The notes under the pieces were generated by a model, which was not told the DNA's origin, ran no database searches, and was given only the letters and a program-made list of their open reading frames with translations. A DNA stretch of 64,000 nucleotides from a virus (Duplodnaviria; Caudoviricetes). Each line of letters opens with the position of its first letter. Positions within the stretch are counted from its first letter, which is position 1. Made by a program: the position numbers and the translations under genes. Location of the stretch: positions 96,001-160,000 of the IMG/VR virus record IMGVR_UViG_3300033067_002132; one strand, written 5' to 3'. Shown piece after piece: positions 49,501-58,751 of the stretch.

Positions 49501-51720
49501 AATATAATAAGTCATTAACGCATCAATTAAATCACCGTTTTCCGCCGATACTGTTTTTTGTAAAGTTTGTATTCTTATATTAATAAAAGCCGCTGTACAT
49601 TCAGGATTTAATATTCTATATGTTTTTACATGATCAGCTTCTAAAATAGGTAATCCTAATTCATTAAATTGTGTCGCTCGTAATCTTTCTCCTATAGTTC
49701 TACTAATTGTTGCTTTAGGATTTATATAATTTAAAATCGCACCATTTGGTAATCCAGGCGTAAAAGAAACATCTATACTTTGATAATTATATTTATTATC
49801 TGAACTTACTAATGGAACTTCATTCCAATAAATAGATCTAAACCAATTTATATTTGTTTTTGGAGCATTTTGATAAGGAATAAAGGTCGCTTTTGTATAT
49901 CCAATTTCATAAGGATTTCCTTCAAAAATATATTCTCCATTTACTAATCCTTCTATTTCGCCTTCTGATAATAAATCTAATACTTCGATTGAAGTAGTAG
50001 AAAGAGCACGTTTAACTTTTTTACCGAATTGATCTTCTACATCAACAACCCCTTCTGGAACTTCATCAAAAGTTTTTTCTGAATCTGTACTTGCAGTAGA
50101 CGTTGAACCCTCTTGTATGGGTTTACTTATTGCAGCATATTTATATTCATATTCAAAACTTTCTGTACTTTTATAAGTTCTATCATTTATTAATCGAACT
50201 AAATAATAATTATAAGAATTTTTTCCATAAGTTGTAAAAGCCCCACCAACAAAAATTTTTGAATCTCCATCTCTCATAGTTGGTTGATTGGTTGTACCAT
50301 TTGTTATTAAAAAATCAAAAATTTTAACATAATTAACAGGTCCATTAAAACCAATCCCATCTTGAACTTTTCCAAAAGGATCTCCATATCCATTGCTTGA
50401 AAAAGATAAATCTAATGTTCCATCAGAAATTGAAACGCGACAAAAATTATTAACGTTTGGAACTTTTTGTCCAGCATTTGTAAATTTTCCACCTAATAAA
50501 ATATAATCCCATGTTGATTGATTATATTCTTCTATACAATTAACAGATGTCTCCGTATCATCATCATAAATAGGTCTATAATTTTCTACCACCTGAAATT
50601 TTCCTAAATTTATTCCTGTTTCTTGTCTAATAAATTTTACTACTTTAGTAATAGTTGTTGCACCTAAACTAGTAAATTTACCACCAACCATTAAAATTTT
50701 ATTATTAAAATCATTATGATATCTTAATAATTTAATACAATTAACTCTATCATTAAGATCAATATCTAATCCAGTAGTTAATTCCATTATTTTTAATGTT
50801 CCGGTAGCATTTTTTATACGAGTAATATAATTATTATTAGGAGATCCTATAACAGTAAAATCCCCACCAATATAAATATCAATATTATCATCGTCTTTTA
50901 CAGAAACGGTTGGATTTGTCGTCCAATCTATTTCTATTGTTCTGACCGCGCCATTTAAAAAAGAAGGGTTAAATGAAGTAATTTCTTTTCCATCGGGTGT
51001 TATTTTTTTTAAAAAACCAGAAAAACTACCACCTATTAAAATAGATCCATCATCTTTATCAAAAAATTTTCTATTTATTTGATCGTATCCTTTCATTACT
51101 AAAGCACCTGAATCTAAAGAAACTCCTCCATTACTCGGAGATCTAAAACTCTGTATAATAAAACCATCATAATCGACACAAAGAATATTTTCATATGAAT
51201 CAGTAATATAATTATCATCATAATCAATAACTCCTAATTGATTTTGATCGGGTGGTAAATTTCCTAAAATATCATATTTAAAATCACCAGAAATATAAAC
51301 TCTTTTAGATTTTTCATGAATTAAAATAGATGTAATACTATTACTTCTAGAAACAACAACAGGTTTACCATCTTTTGTAGTATTTCTAGGAATTGTTATG
51401 GTAAAATTATCTTTTCCATAAAGAGCATTTCCATAAGGATCAACAATAATAACAGTAAAAATTCCTATATTACTTAATTCATTTTTTTTCTGTACTAATA
51501 AATGTAATAAAGTATTTGGTAATGTTTTAATAGCACAATATAAATTTTCCATATATGGGGAAAATTTAGCAGTACCTTGTTCTAAAGTTGATCTTCTTAA
51601 ATCACAAACAAAAGGTTCATACATTTGTGAAACATGTAATATATTAAATGGAAAATTTAAACTAGGAAAAACATCCCATTTAATAGTTGGTGCTTGAGAT
51701 TTTGTATTATAAACGGTCAT
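46507..51720 (-). CDS. Tip attachment / central tail protein J-like, with an N-terminal delta-60-type beta-propeller
   Basis: DLLSEGEIEGL, WTDNPAWCFYD, DKWSLYEISKYCD, EPRFACN and GCTSRGQALR are lambda gpJ-like motifs. The N-terminal third has I.IGG.FT repeats. Confidence 0.9.
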   Translation of the reverse strand: MTVYNTKSQAPTIKWDVFPSLNFPFNILHVSQMYEPFVCDLRRSTLEQGTAKFSPYMENLYCAIKTLPNTLLHLLVQKKNELSNIGIFTVIIVDPYGNALYGKDNFTITIPRNTTKDGKPVVVSRSNSITSILIHEKSKRVYISGDFKYDILGNLPPDQNQLGVIDYDDNYITDSYENILCVDYDGFIIQSFRSPSNGGVSLDSGALVMKGYDQINRKFFDKDDGSILIGGSFSGFLKKITPDGKEITSFNPSFLNGAVRTIEIDWTTNPTVSVKDDDNIDIYIGGDFTVIGSPNNNYITRIKNATGTLKIMELTTGLDIDLNDRVNCIKLLRYHNDFNNKILMVGGKFTSLGATTITKVVKFIRQETGINLGKFQVVENYRPIYDDDTETSVNCIEEYNQSTWDYILLGGKFTNAGQKVPNVNNFCRVSISDGTLDLSFSSNGYGDPFGKVQDGIGFNGPVNYVKIFDFLITNGTTNQPTMRDGDSKIFVGGAFTTYGKNSYNYYLVRLINDRTYKSTESFEYEYKYAAISKPIQEGSTSTASTDSEKTFDEVPEGVVDVEDQFGKKVKRALSTTSIEVLDLLSEGEIEGLVNGEYIFEGNPYEIGYTKATFIPYQNAPKTNINWFRSIYWNEVPLVSSDNKYNYQSIDVSFTPGLPNGAILNYINPKATISRTIGERLRATQFNELGLPILEADHVKTYRILNPECTAAFINIRIQTLQKTVSAENGDLIDALMTYYIYFRPIYSNALNNPKNFTLAKKVQFTGKIQYGFIKTDKISFYGKDPTVNNRDFLGWEIKIARRSPDSLTSLERNTIYVDSITEIYEDIHTNPNSAIVRSRFNSEYFSQIPNRFFDTRLIKVKIPSNYDPILKRYNESTPWDGSFKENKYWTDNPAWCFYDIITNENYGLGKYIDSTYVDKWSLYEISKYCDVLVPDGYGGWEPRFACNIILNNKEEAYKVINNMASIFRGLVYFGNGVISATQDSPKDPITTFTNSNIKDGNFGYASSSRRVRHTVAIVRYNDKRNFYKPAIEYVEDVDGIRKYGIREIEIDAIGCTSRGQALRFGRAVLLTENLETETISFNAGLEASYLKPGDVINVIDNNKKLYRYAGRIKDFELESISNKAIIKLDSIPIINTGVNYVLNLITPTYNYNATAISDMNSSEISNIRRGLIQSGIFNATPTNCINKDSYLQLEFNPNPFDIENYEITKNTVWSIHMNSGDRTYDATSKFLDPYQDQYRIINIEEKENELNVIGLQYNAQKYIEIESGINFDRNSLLPQTIPSKPTYGYTTVDNVSISSKKVSLNWTKDNNSVNNTHTAIFISPSGDKIDHNFVPDNKYLVGFLSPEISNYDYSFENTGDFIYSLWGYNYINNTYSNDSITGFFNIPQIFPILDVVISSLNINTGQFYPTGLYDGIVGASKTNIDRFYELSPVFTWQMGSTGEQLPTNFNFRLSIREPSYTNTPSSTIYFEYTGIPIYSNEISKSFDFKDNVLASGGPFRKYDVVVEAVDNFGRTSAGNYLDLSTGYHEPWTNPYGYDLLYINNERITGLALSTGINKIVSGYITRHFIDCGLNINITYVSGTMPKDIIGGYIYFSTGLFSGENITGNNPIPSQFNIYTGYSNYNSYTKSFQTPIPYEDRYFSPTGYICFSVIDSFDMEIINNYNSMLRTGFPLSNITSINFSGVTNTMKIGQQLIFTNFNDNNNIWKLSTAQIDGRRTLTNSFGDDSESVIISSQT

Positions 51721-51721
51721 A

Positions 51722-52486
51722 TTAAATTAATGTTGCTGTATTAGCGGTAGAATTTTCACTATTTGATTTAACAATATATGTATAAGAAAGAATAGTAATC
51801 GATCCTGATCCGAATTCTACATCTAAATCTCCTCCTGTATATCTATAAAGTAAACTATTTTCAGAAGATTGAGTATAATAAATATCATATGTAGAAGAAA
51901 TTGTTTGACTTCCGACAATTAAACGACCATATCCAACCGGAACAGGCCCACCTTCTTCTGTTGTATTATATGGACCATTAAATAAATAAGAAGCTTTAGA
52001 TTTTTGTATATCTTTATAATTATCAAATTTTGGTGGACTTGTTAAAAGAGAAATCACACCTCCAGCTAACAAAGCTATACCTGCTACGATTAAATATGGT
52101 TGACCAAATAATCCTATAACAATTAAAATAACTCCTAAAATAATACCTAAAATTCCTAAAAAATTACTTCCTGATCCTTCTAATATAGGTATAATATCAA
52201 TAGTTTTTAATGAATCTTCTTTAAATGTAATCATTAATTCAGAATTTTTTATAGTATCAATTTCTTCTATATTTACTGGTTTTTCTGAAATAAAATCTCT
52301 TCCATTGATTAAAACTCTATATTTAATTCCTTGTTTATCTTTTTCTAAAAGATATTTATAAAGTTTTCTTTTACTTAAAACTTCTATAGCACGCATAGCT
52401 TCCCCAACAGAATTAACACATAAACTCCATTGTTTACCTATATTTTCTCCTAAATCTCCATGTAAAGTTATATTTGTTTTATGCAT
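51722..52486 (-). CDS. Tail assembly protein I-like
   Basis: ITLHGDLG...V.SVGEAMRAI, IDIIPILEGSG, a hydrophobic segment, and SYLFNGPYNT..EGGPVPVGYGRLIVGS. Confidence 0.85.
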   Translation of the reverse strand: MHKTNITLHGDLGENIGKQWSLCVNSVGEAMRAIEVLSKRKLYKYLLEKDKQGIKYRVLINGRDFISEKPVNIEEIDTIKNSELMITFKEDSLKTIDIIPILEGSGSNFLGILGIILGVILIVIGLFGQPYLIVAGIALLAGGVISLLTSPPKFDNYKDIQKSKASYLFNGPYNTTEEGGPVPVGYGRLIVGSQTISSTYDIYYTQSSENSLLYRYTGGDLDVEFGSGSITILSYTYIVKSNSENSTANTATLI

Positions 52487-53213
52487 ATGGTGTCAAAAAT
52501 AAAAAGGTTCTTTTAGTATAAAAATCATTAAATAATTCTATAGTAGAATTTTTATCTTGTGGATGATGTAAAAATTCTTTATTATTTAAATAAATTCCAA
52601 AATGATTTGGTTCATAATTTTCTATATATTTAAAAATAATAATATCTCCATATTTTGGTAATTCTGTTTGTTTTAATATTTTATTTAAAATTCTATTAAT
52701 TTGTGTTTGTATTATATATGGATCTTCTTTATACCAATTTTTATTAATTTTAAAATTTGGAAGATTTATATTAAATTGATCTTTATAAAATTTTTGAATT
52801 AATGTATAACAATTTTGATTTTCTATGTTAAAATTTTTTCCTATAAAATCAATTAATTCATAAGAACCAATTTTTGGATCGAATTCATCAAAAATATCAT
52901 GATTAATATTATAACTTATATAATTAATATTATGATTAATAGCGTTTAATCTATCAAAATTTGTTAATTTTTTTTCATCATTTATATGAGAGTGATAACA
53001 ACCAACAATTTTTCCATTATCCGAAGCTTCTAAATAATCAAAACAATCTATAGTAAAATTTTTATTTTTTTCTTGACTTATATTTCTACATTTTAAAGCA
53101 ATAAAATTATTATCTTTATTTATTATTAATCCACACACCTCTTCAATAGGATTAGATAAAGCATGTTTTTTAATATGTTCAATAATATTTTTATTCTTAA
53201 TTAAAAAATTCAT
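52479..53213 (-). CDS. Tail tip assembly protein K-like (JAB/MPN + NlpC/P60)
   Basis: EEVCGLI...YHSH (JAB) and NCYTLI...HFGIY....FLHH (NlpC/P60). Likely start MNFLIK at 53213. Confidence 0.85.
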   Translation of the reverse strand: MNFLIKNKNIIEHIKKHALSNPIEEVCGLIINKDNNFIALKCRNISQEKNKNFTIDCFDYLEASDNGKIVGCYHSHINDEKKLTNFDRLNAINHNINYISYNINHDIFDEFDPKIGSYELIDFIGKNFNIENQNCYTLIQKFYKDQFNINLPNFKINKNWYKEDPYIIQTQINRILNKILKQTELPKYGDIIIFKYIENYEPNHFGIYLNNKEFLHHPQDKNSTIELFNDFYTKRTFLFLTPYA

Positions 53214-54328
53214 TATCTTGCCTTTCCTACTGTTGGAAAACCCATAAATGGAAGTGTATTTAAACCTATTCCGTTCCATCTGCATTTACATCCGATTACA
53301 TCTTTTGCGCATTGATCTGCAATCCAATATTTTAAATTAGGTGGAGGAAATAATGGATTATTTTCTTTACAAACAAAATAATATTTAATTCCATTTTTTT
53401 CTACAAAAACATAATCCCCTTTATTATAAATAATATTCGTAGACCATCTTCCACGATCTATTAAATCTATATTTGGTAATAATACAGATATTTTTTCATT
53501 TTTATTATTAGCAACTGGCGGTGCTATTGTTGGCAAAACAGATTTTTTTCCATGAACAGCTTCTACTCTTCTACTATTAAATTCATATAAACATCCCCAT
53601 CCTCGATATTGTACAGGACATCTATTTGTCACAACAGGTCTTAATGGTAAAGAAACTCCTTCCACATCTAATAAAGAACCTAATTCTAGCTCTATTCCAA
53701 ATTTATTTTCTCCAGATTTTCTATCAACCCAAAAAATATCTCTTGGAAATTCTTGAAATGGGTCAGGGTTAAAGTCTTTTGGTTTTTGTTTTCCATAAAA
53801 ATTTATTTCATCTAAATTTTTAACAAATGTTCTTATTCTAGTAACTTTTGCACCAACTAAACCCCCTAATAAAGCGATTTGTTGTTTTAATAATGATATA
53901 ACTCCTAAATCTTGAGTATTTTCTGAATCTATACTTATACTTATTTTAGGCGTAGGTAAAACACCTTTTGTACTTAATTCGTATCCTTCTGCATTAATTG
54001 GAGCAGCGACGTATTTTTTACCTTGCCAAAAGATATGAGATCTTGTTAAATTTATAGAATTATGAAATCTAAAAATAGTTGTATCTTCATTTGTTTGTTC
54101 TAAAGTATTTTCTTCAATTTTTACTATTACACTTTGTCCACTTTCACCACGACTCCCGGCATCATTAATAATTTCTTCTCTAGTTTTTTGAGTATAACTT
54201 ATTAGTCCATGTTCAAAAGCGATATCAGTAATATCTATTTCAAACATAGTAATAATAGCAGAAGGATTTAATGAAAATAATTCACTATTAAAATTTTGAC
54301 TTGAAACTTTTGCTTCAGATAAATTCAT
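53213..54328 (-). CDS. Minor tail protein L-like
   Basis: GAKVTRIRTFVKNLD..NF, CPVQYRGWGCLY and DQCAKDVIGCKCR...LPFMGFP (conserved gpL cysteines). Confidence 0.9.
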   Translation of the reverse strand: MNLSEAKVSSQNFNSELFSLNPSAIITMFEIDITDIAFEHGLISYTQKTREEIINDAGSRGESGQSVIVKIEENTLEQTNEDTTIFRFHNSINLTRSHIFWQGKKYVAAPINAEGYELSTKGVLPTPKISISIDSENTQDLGVISLLKQQIALLGGLVGAKVTRIRTFVKNLDEINFYGKQKPKDFNPDPFQEFPRDIFWVDRKSGENKFGIELELGSLLDVEGVSLPLRPVVTNRCPVQYRGWGCLYEFNSRRVEAVHGKKSVLPTIAPPVANNKNEKISVLLPNIDLIDRGRWSTNIIYNKGDYVFVEKNGIKYYFVCKENNPLFPPPNLKYWIADQCAKDVIGCKCRWNGIGLNTLPFMGFPTVGKAR

Positions 54329-54332
54329 AATT

Positions 54333-54857
54333 TTAAATTGAAACTTCTTCTATTTTTATAGAAATTGTTTGTCTATTATAAGTAATATAATTTGTTTCCC
54401 AACTTCTACATAAAAATCTTTTAAGAACATCAAAAGGTTTAGATGGAATATATAAAAATGATTCAACGCCTGCTCTTGTTTTTAAAAAATGATTTATTGC
54501 TAAACATTCTAAATCATCTCTATTTTCAAAATTTAAAGTTGTTTCTATTAAAATATTATTAATACCATCTGGTCTTCTTTGTTCATATCCATCTCCATAT
54601 TTAGAAGATATAATTCTAGGCGTAGTAGTAACATTAGTTCCATAAGAAGGACGCCAAAAGAAAAAAGGTACTGAATCTCCATTTACATCAATTTTAATTC
54701 CATCCCATAATCCTTTTAATATATCCGATTGTAAATTTGCACTAGAAGTATGATCTGACGTAGCATAATAAAAATCTCCATTATTATATACAAAATTATT
54801 TTTTTTATAATCTGTACTAATTTGCCATATATCTTGACTATTAATATTTTGGTCCAT
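54333..54857 (-). CDS. Minor tail protein M-like
   Basis: FFWRPSYG...KYGDGYEQR..DGIN...FL..RAG.ESF, plus a short N-terminal W....Y..N..V...G..Y module. Confidence 0.85.
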   Translation of the reverse strand: MDQNINSQDIWQISTDYKKNNFVYNNGDFYYATSDHTSSANLQSDILKGLWDGIKIDVNGDSVPFFFWRPSYGTNVTTTPRIISSKYGDGYEQRRPDGINNILIETTLNFENRDDLECLAINHFLKTRAGVESFLYIPSKPFDVLKRFLCRSWETNYITYNRQTISIKIEEVSI

Positions 54858-54881
54858 TCCTTTTACCTTATATTAATTATA

Positions 54882-54910
54882 TTACACTTTTATTCAAAAA
54901 AATTGTGTAA
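54882..54910. promoter_or_regulatory. Back-to-back divergent GTGTAA motifs (54882-54887 minus; 54905-54910 plus)
   Basis: Each motif points toward its own gene (ATG at 54857 minus; ATG at 54918 plus) in a 60-nt divergent gap. Confidence 0.7.
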
Positions 54911-54917
54911 TTTTAAT

Positions 54918-55814
54918 ATGATGGGAACATTTGTTCCATTTTTATCAAAGACAAGGGAAACGGAAAGGTTTTTATTGGACGGAAAGGAAATTCCGGGAGT
55001 TCAAAACGTTCAATTAGGATATAGCCTTAACGCTTCTCCGCTTCTATATTTAGGTAATCAAAATATCAATTTTATACCTAGAGGAACACAAAATGGTCGG
55101 GTTTCTATTAATAATTGGATTATTAGTAACGATTATTTTATTCCATTTACGGGAAATTCTGGTTGTAATGGATATTTAATTAATTCTAGACCACCTACAG
55201 GAACTATAAGAAAAGAAGTAAGAAAATTTTATGATTTAAATATCGTAGGATTTATATCAGGATATTTAAGTTCTTATAATCAAAGTTGTGTTATAGGTGA
55301 GGTTCCTAGAACTCAAGTAGATTTTACTGTTTTTGGAGATATTGGAGAATTAGATAGTATAAATCATCCAATAGTAGAAACTGATTGGAGAACGAAAGTT
55401 ATGACTGATCAATTAAATAGTAGATATACTATTTCAAATGGTTATAATATTGATTTAAATATAGATGAAATTAATGCTAGTCGAATTATTTCTTATGATT
55501 TTACAATTAACGTTAATAGAGATCCTAAATATATTCCGGGATTAAAAATGCCTGTTTATATTCAAACAAAATCTCCAAAAGAAGTTACATTTAATTTTCA
55601 AATAGAAATAGATTCGTATAAAATGGATTATTTAACTAGTTATCCAAATATACAAAATAAACAAAATATTTCATTAACATTAAAAGATTTTGAAACGGAT
55701 ACTACTATTATTAATTATTCTTTTGATAATATGTTATTAATTTCTACAGAAAGAATATCTAATGTGGATAATCTTGTGACAGCAAATCTTACATATAAAG
55801 GATATTATATTTAA
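54918..55814 (+). CDS. Tail-tube-like/baseplate hub protein
   Basis: Likely start MMGTFV at 54918. GVQNVQLGY, GYLSSYNQSCVIGEVP and IISYDFTINVNRDP echo the tail tube repeats. Confidence 0.55.
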   Translation: MMGTFVPFLSKTRETERFLLDGKEIPGVQNVQLGYSLNASPLLYLGNQNINFIPRGTQNGRVSINNWIISNDYFIPFTGNSGCNGYLINSRPPTGTIRKEVRKFYDLNIVGFISGYLSSYNQSCVIGEVPRTQVDFTVFGDIGELDSINHPIVETDWRTKVMTDQLNSRYTISNGYNIDLNIDEINASRIISYDFTINVNRDPKYIPGLKMPVYIQTKSPKEVTFNFQIEIDSYKMDYLTSYPNIQNKQNISLTLKDFETDTTIINYSFDNMLLISTERISNVDNLVTANLTYKGYYI

Positions 55815-56503
55815 TGTTAATTAATTTTAAAGATATTCAAGTTTCTGTAAGTGGTATTCCTATAATGGTAGAAAATGCCTCTTTTAGTTATGATTCTAAT
55901 TTATTACCTGTTCATTCTATAGGTTATAAAAATTGTGTTGGATATGTAAATTCAGGACCAAATAACTATAAATTATCATTATCTTATATAATGGAAGTAA
56001 ATAAAGATCCAAATTTTACAGGATTTTTTAATTATATTCAAAATAGAAATATATTTGGAGAAACAGCTATTCCTATTGTTATAGGAAATATAAGTGGTAT
56101 GTATTATCCCGTATCTTTTAATATAGAAACAAATACTCCTTCTGATATTATCATAGGCAAAATAGAATATGTTTCTTTTTCACCTGTTTCTGGAAATTTA
56201 TCAGAATCTAATCCTTTAAATTATAATGTTTCTAATAATAATGATATAGCACATTTATGGAATACTAAAATGCTTTTAGATAATAATCATGCATATGGAA
56301 AATCTATTTTAGATTTTAGTTATTCAGCTAATATTAACTGGGAACCACAATACACTATTGGTAGTATTTATCCAACAAAAGTATTATTATTAGATGGAAA
56401 TGAAAATATAAATCTTTCCACAACTATTTATAATAGTATTCCATATTCAGGACAATTATTTTCTGATTATTTTAATTGTAATGAAGCATTAATAAGTATT
56501 TGA
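55814..56503 (+). CDS. Tail-tube-like protein; frame continues past TGA to 56647
   Basis: Paralogous to its neighbours (ILDFSYSANINWEPQYTIGSIYP); an in-frame 47-codon extension follows the TGA. Confidence 0.55.
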   Translation: MLINFKDIQVSVSGIPIMVENASFSYDSNLLPVHSIGYKNCVGYVNSGPNNYKLSLSYIMEVNKDPNFTGFFNYIQNRNIFGETAIPIVIGNISGMYYPVSFNIETNTPSDIIIGKIEYVSFSPVSGNLSESNPLNYNVSNNNDIAHLWNTKMLLDNNHAYGKSILDFSYSANINWEPQYTIGSIYPTKVLLLDGNENINLSTTIYNSIPYSGQLFSDYFNCNEALISI

Positions 56504-56648
56504 TCTATGTCTTCTTTAAATAATATTAATGATATATCTAGATTAATTATAAGTGGTATAGAAAAATTCTATATTTCTTCTTCTAATATAGATTTTAATT
56601 CAGAGGGATTATCTAAACCTACAATAACAATAAGTAGAACTTTTTAAT

Positions 56649-58751
56649 ATGAGATATTCTTATAAAGATCTTAAAATAAGATTAAATAATATAGATATAT
56701 TAGTAAACAATGCTAATTTAAATATTGTTTATCCTACTGAATATTATAAAGAAATAGGTGATAAATATTCAAATAAAACTTTTAATAATACCCCAAATAT
56801 AGCATCAACATTAAGTTTATCATATTATTTACAAAGAAATGATTTTTTAAAATATTATATATCTAATGATAATCTGATTAATTGTTATTTCGCAGGTATT
56901 AATTTATATAGTGGTTATTTAAAATCTTATAATTTATCTTTAGAAGAAAATTCTCCTATATTAATAGATGCAACACTTTTATTTTGGTCTAAACCAGAAG
57001 GATTTATTACGGGAATTGAATCTTCTATTTTAAATAATTTATCTTTTTTACAATCTTCAGATATAGTTATTAATTCAATATCGGAAGAATGGTTGCCTTA
57101 TAATGTAGATATAAAAAAATTATCTTATAATTATGAGGCGGATATAATACCACAAAATTTAATTAAATCATTCGATAATATAAATAATGGTGGGCAAAAT
57201 CCAGATGAAATTATTTTTAGAGATAAAAATGTTAATATAGAAATAGAAGGATCTTTTTGGGCAACAACAGGTTCTTTTAATCTTTTAGGGAATAAAATTA
57301 TAGGTAAAATTAATTTTGTTGATACTCAATCTCCAATTTTTACAGATAGTTTATTAATTAATGGAAATATTATTAATTTTTCAAATGAAATACAATCAAA
57401 AAATTCAGCAAGCTCTAAAATTTCTGTACAACAAAATATTTTTCAAAATCCTCCTATAATTTATGGATCTAGTTCACAGCCATTTAATACTAATAATTTA
57501 GTATATGTACAATGTACAAATTTAACAAAAGTATTAGAAGTAAAATTAAATAATAAAAATATAGAATATTCTATTTTAGGCGACAATTTATTTTTTGAAA
57601 CTCCTGCTGATTCAGTTTCAGGAAAATTATTTATTAAAACGGAAGGTGGAGAAATATCTTCTGGTGTTAATATCTTACCTAAAAATATGACAATAGAAAG
57701 AATAATTCCATATACAGGATATTCTGGACAAAATATTTTAATTACAGGATCAAATTTTTATGATATTTCTAATATTTATTTTGGAAGTAAAGACTGTAAT
57801 AAATTTGAAGTAGTATCAAATAATTTAATATATGCAGAAGTACCATTTAATGCTTCTTATAATTATATACAGATATCATCTATTTTTAGAGGAAAAACTG
57901 CTTCTTCACCAGAAAAATTTGTATCTTTACCTATTATTACGAATTTTAATCCTCAATATGTAGATAACGGAGATCTTATTACTATTTCTGGAAGAAATTT
58001 TAATTCAGTAACAGGTGTATATATTAATAAAATTAATTCTGCTTTTACTTTAGTGAATGATTATAAAATTACTGCAACCGTACCTAATGGTTTAATTTAT
58101 GGAGGAATTTCTTTATATGCTCAAAGTGGATTAGTATCAAATAGTTCTTTTTTCTTAAAACCAAATGTAAAAATTACTGGATTTTCGCCAAATATTGTAC
58201 AAGAAGGTGATACATTAATAATTTCAGGAAAAAATTTCGATGTTAGTTATATGTATGAATATTCTGAAGAAAATAAATATGCTGTATTATTTCAAAAAAA
58301 TAAATTAGGAAAATTCTCTATTATAAATTCTACAACACTTCAAGGATTTGTTCCTACAGATATGATCGCAGGAGGAGTATATATTTTAGATCAAGATGGA
58401 GCTTCTATATATCCAAGTGGTAAAAATATTAGTAAAAAAATTACTGTTCCGGTGATAGAAAGTTTAAATAATACTATAGCTTATAGTGGTTTACCATTCT
58501 ATACAACAATAGTAGGAGAAAATTTAGAATTTGTAAGTGGAATTTGGTTAAATTCAGTTAATTTAGCTACTCCCGTTAAATTTATAATAAGTGGAACTAA
58601 TTTCTATAAAGATTTAGATGGATTTAAAATTGATTTAGTTAATTATATTCCACTAGGATTAAATATTACAGGAGCATATGATTTATCTGTTGTCTCTACG
58701 GGAAATATTTATGGTGTTGCTCCTGTAAATTATAGAATTAAATTAAAATAA
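56649..58751 (+). CDS. Tail-tube-like N-domain plus IPT/TIG (Ig-like) repeats
   Basis: GYLKSYNLSLEENSP, then repeated PIITNFNP...GDLITISGRNF / ITGFSP...GDTLIISGKNF. Confidence 0.7.
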   Translation: MRYSYKDLKIRLNNIDILVNNANLNIVYPTEYYKEIGDKYSNKTFNNTPNIASTLSLSYYLQRNDFLKYYISNDNLINCYFAGINLYSGYLKSYNLSLEENSPILIDATLLFWSKPEGFITGIESSILNNLSFLQSSDIVINSISEEWLPYNVDIKKLSYNYEADIIPQNLIKSFDNINNGGQNPDEIIFRDKNVNIEIEGSFWATTGSFNLLGNKIIGKINFVDTQSPIFTDSLLINGNIINFSNEIQSKNSASSKISVQQNIFQNPPIIYGSSSQPFNTNNLVYVQCTNLTKVLEVKLNNKNIEYSILGDNLFFETPADSVSGKLFIKTEGGEISSGVNILPKNMTIERIIPYTGYSGQNILITGSNFYDISNIYFGSKDCNKFEVVSNNLIYAEVPFNASYNYIQISSIFRGKTASSPEKFVSLPIITNFNPQYVDNGDLITISGRNFNSVTGVYINKINSAFTLVNDYKITATVPNGLIYGGISLYAQSGLVSNSSFFLKPNVKITGFSPNIVQEGDTLIISGKNFDVSYMYEYSEENKYAVLFQKNKLGKFSIINSTTLQGFVPTDMIAGGVYILDQDGASIYPSGKNISKKITVPVIESLNNTIAYSGLPFYTTIVGENLEFVSGIWLNSVNLATPVKFIISGTNFYKDLDGFKIDLVNYIPLGLNITGAYDLSVVSTGNIYGVAPVNYRIKLK

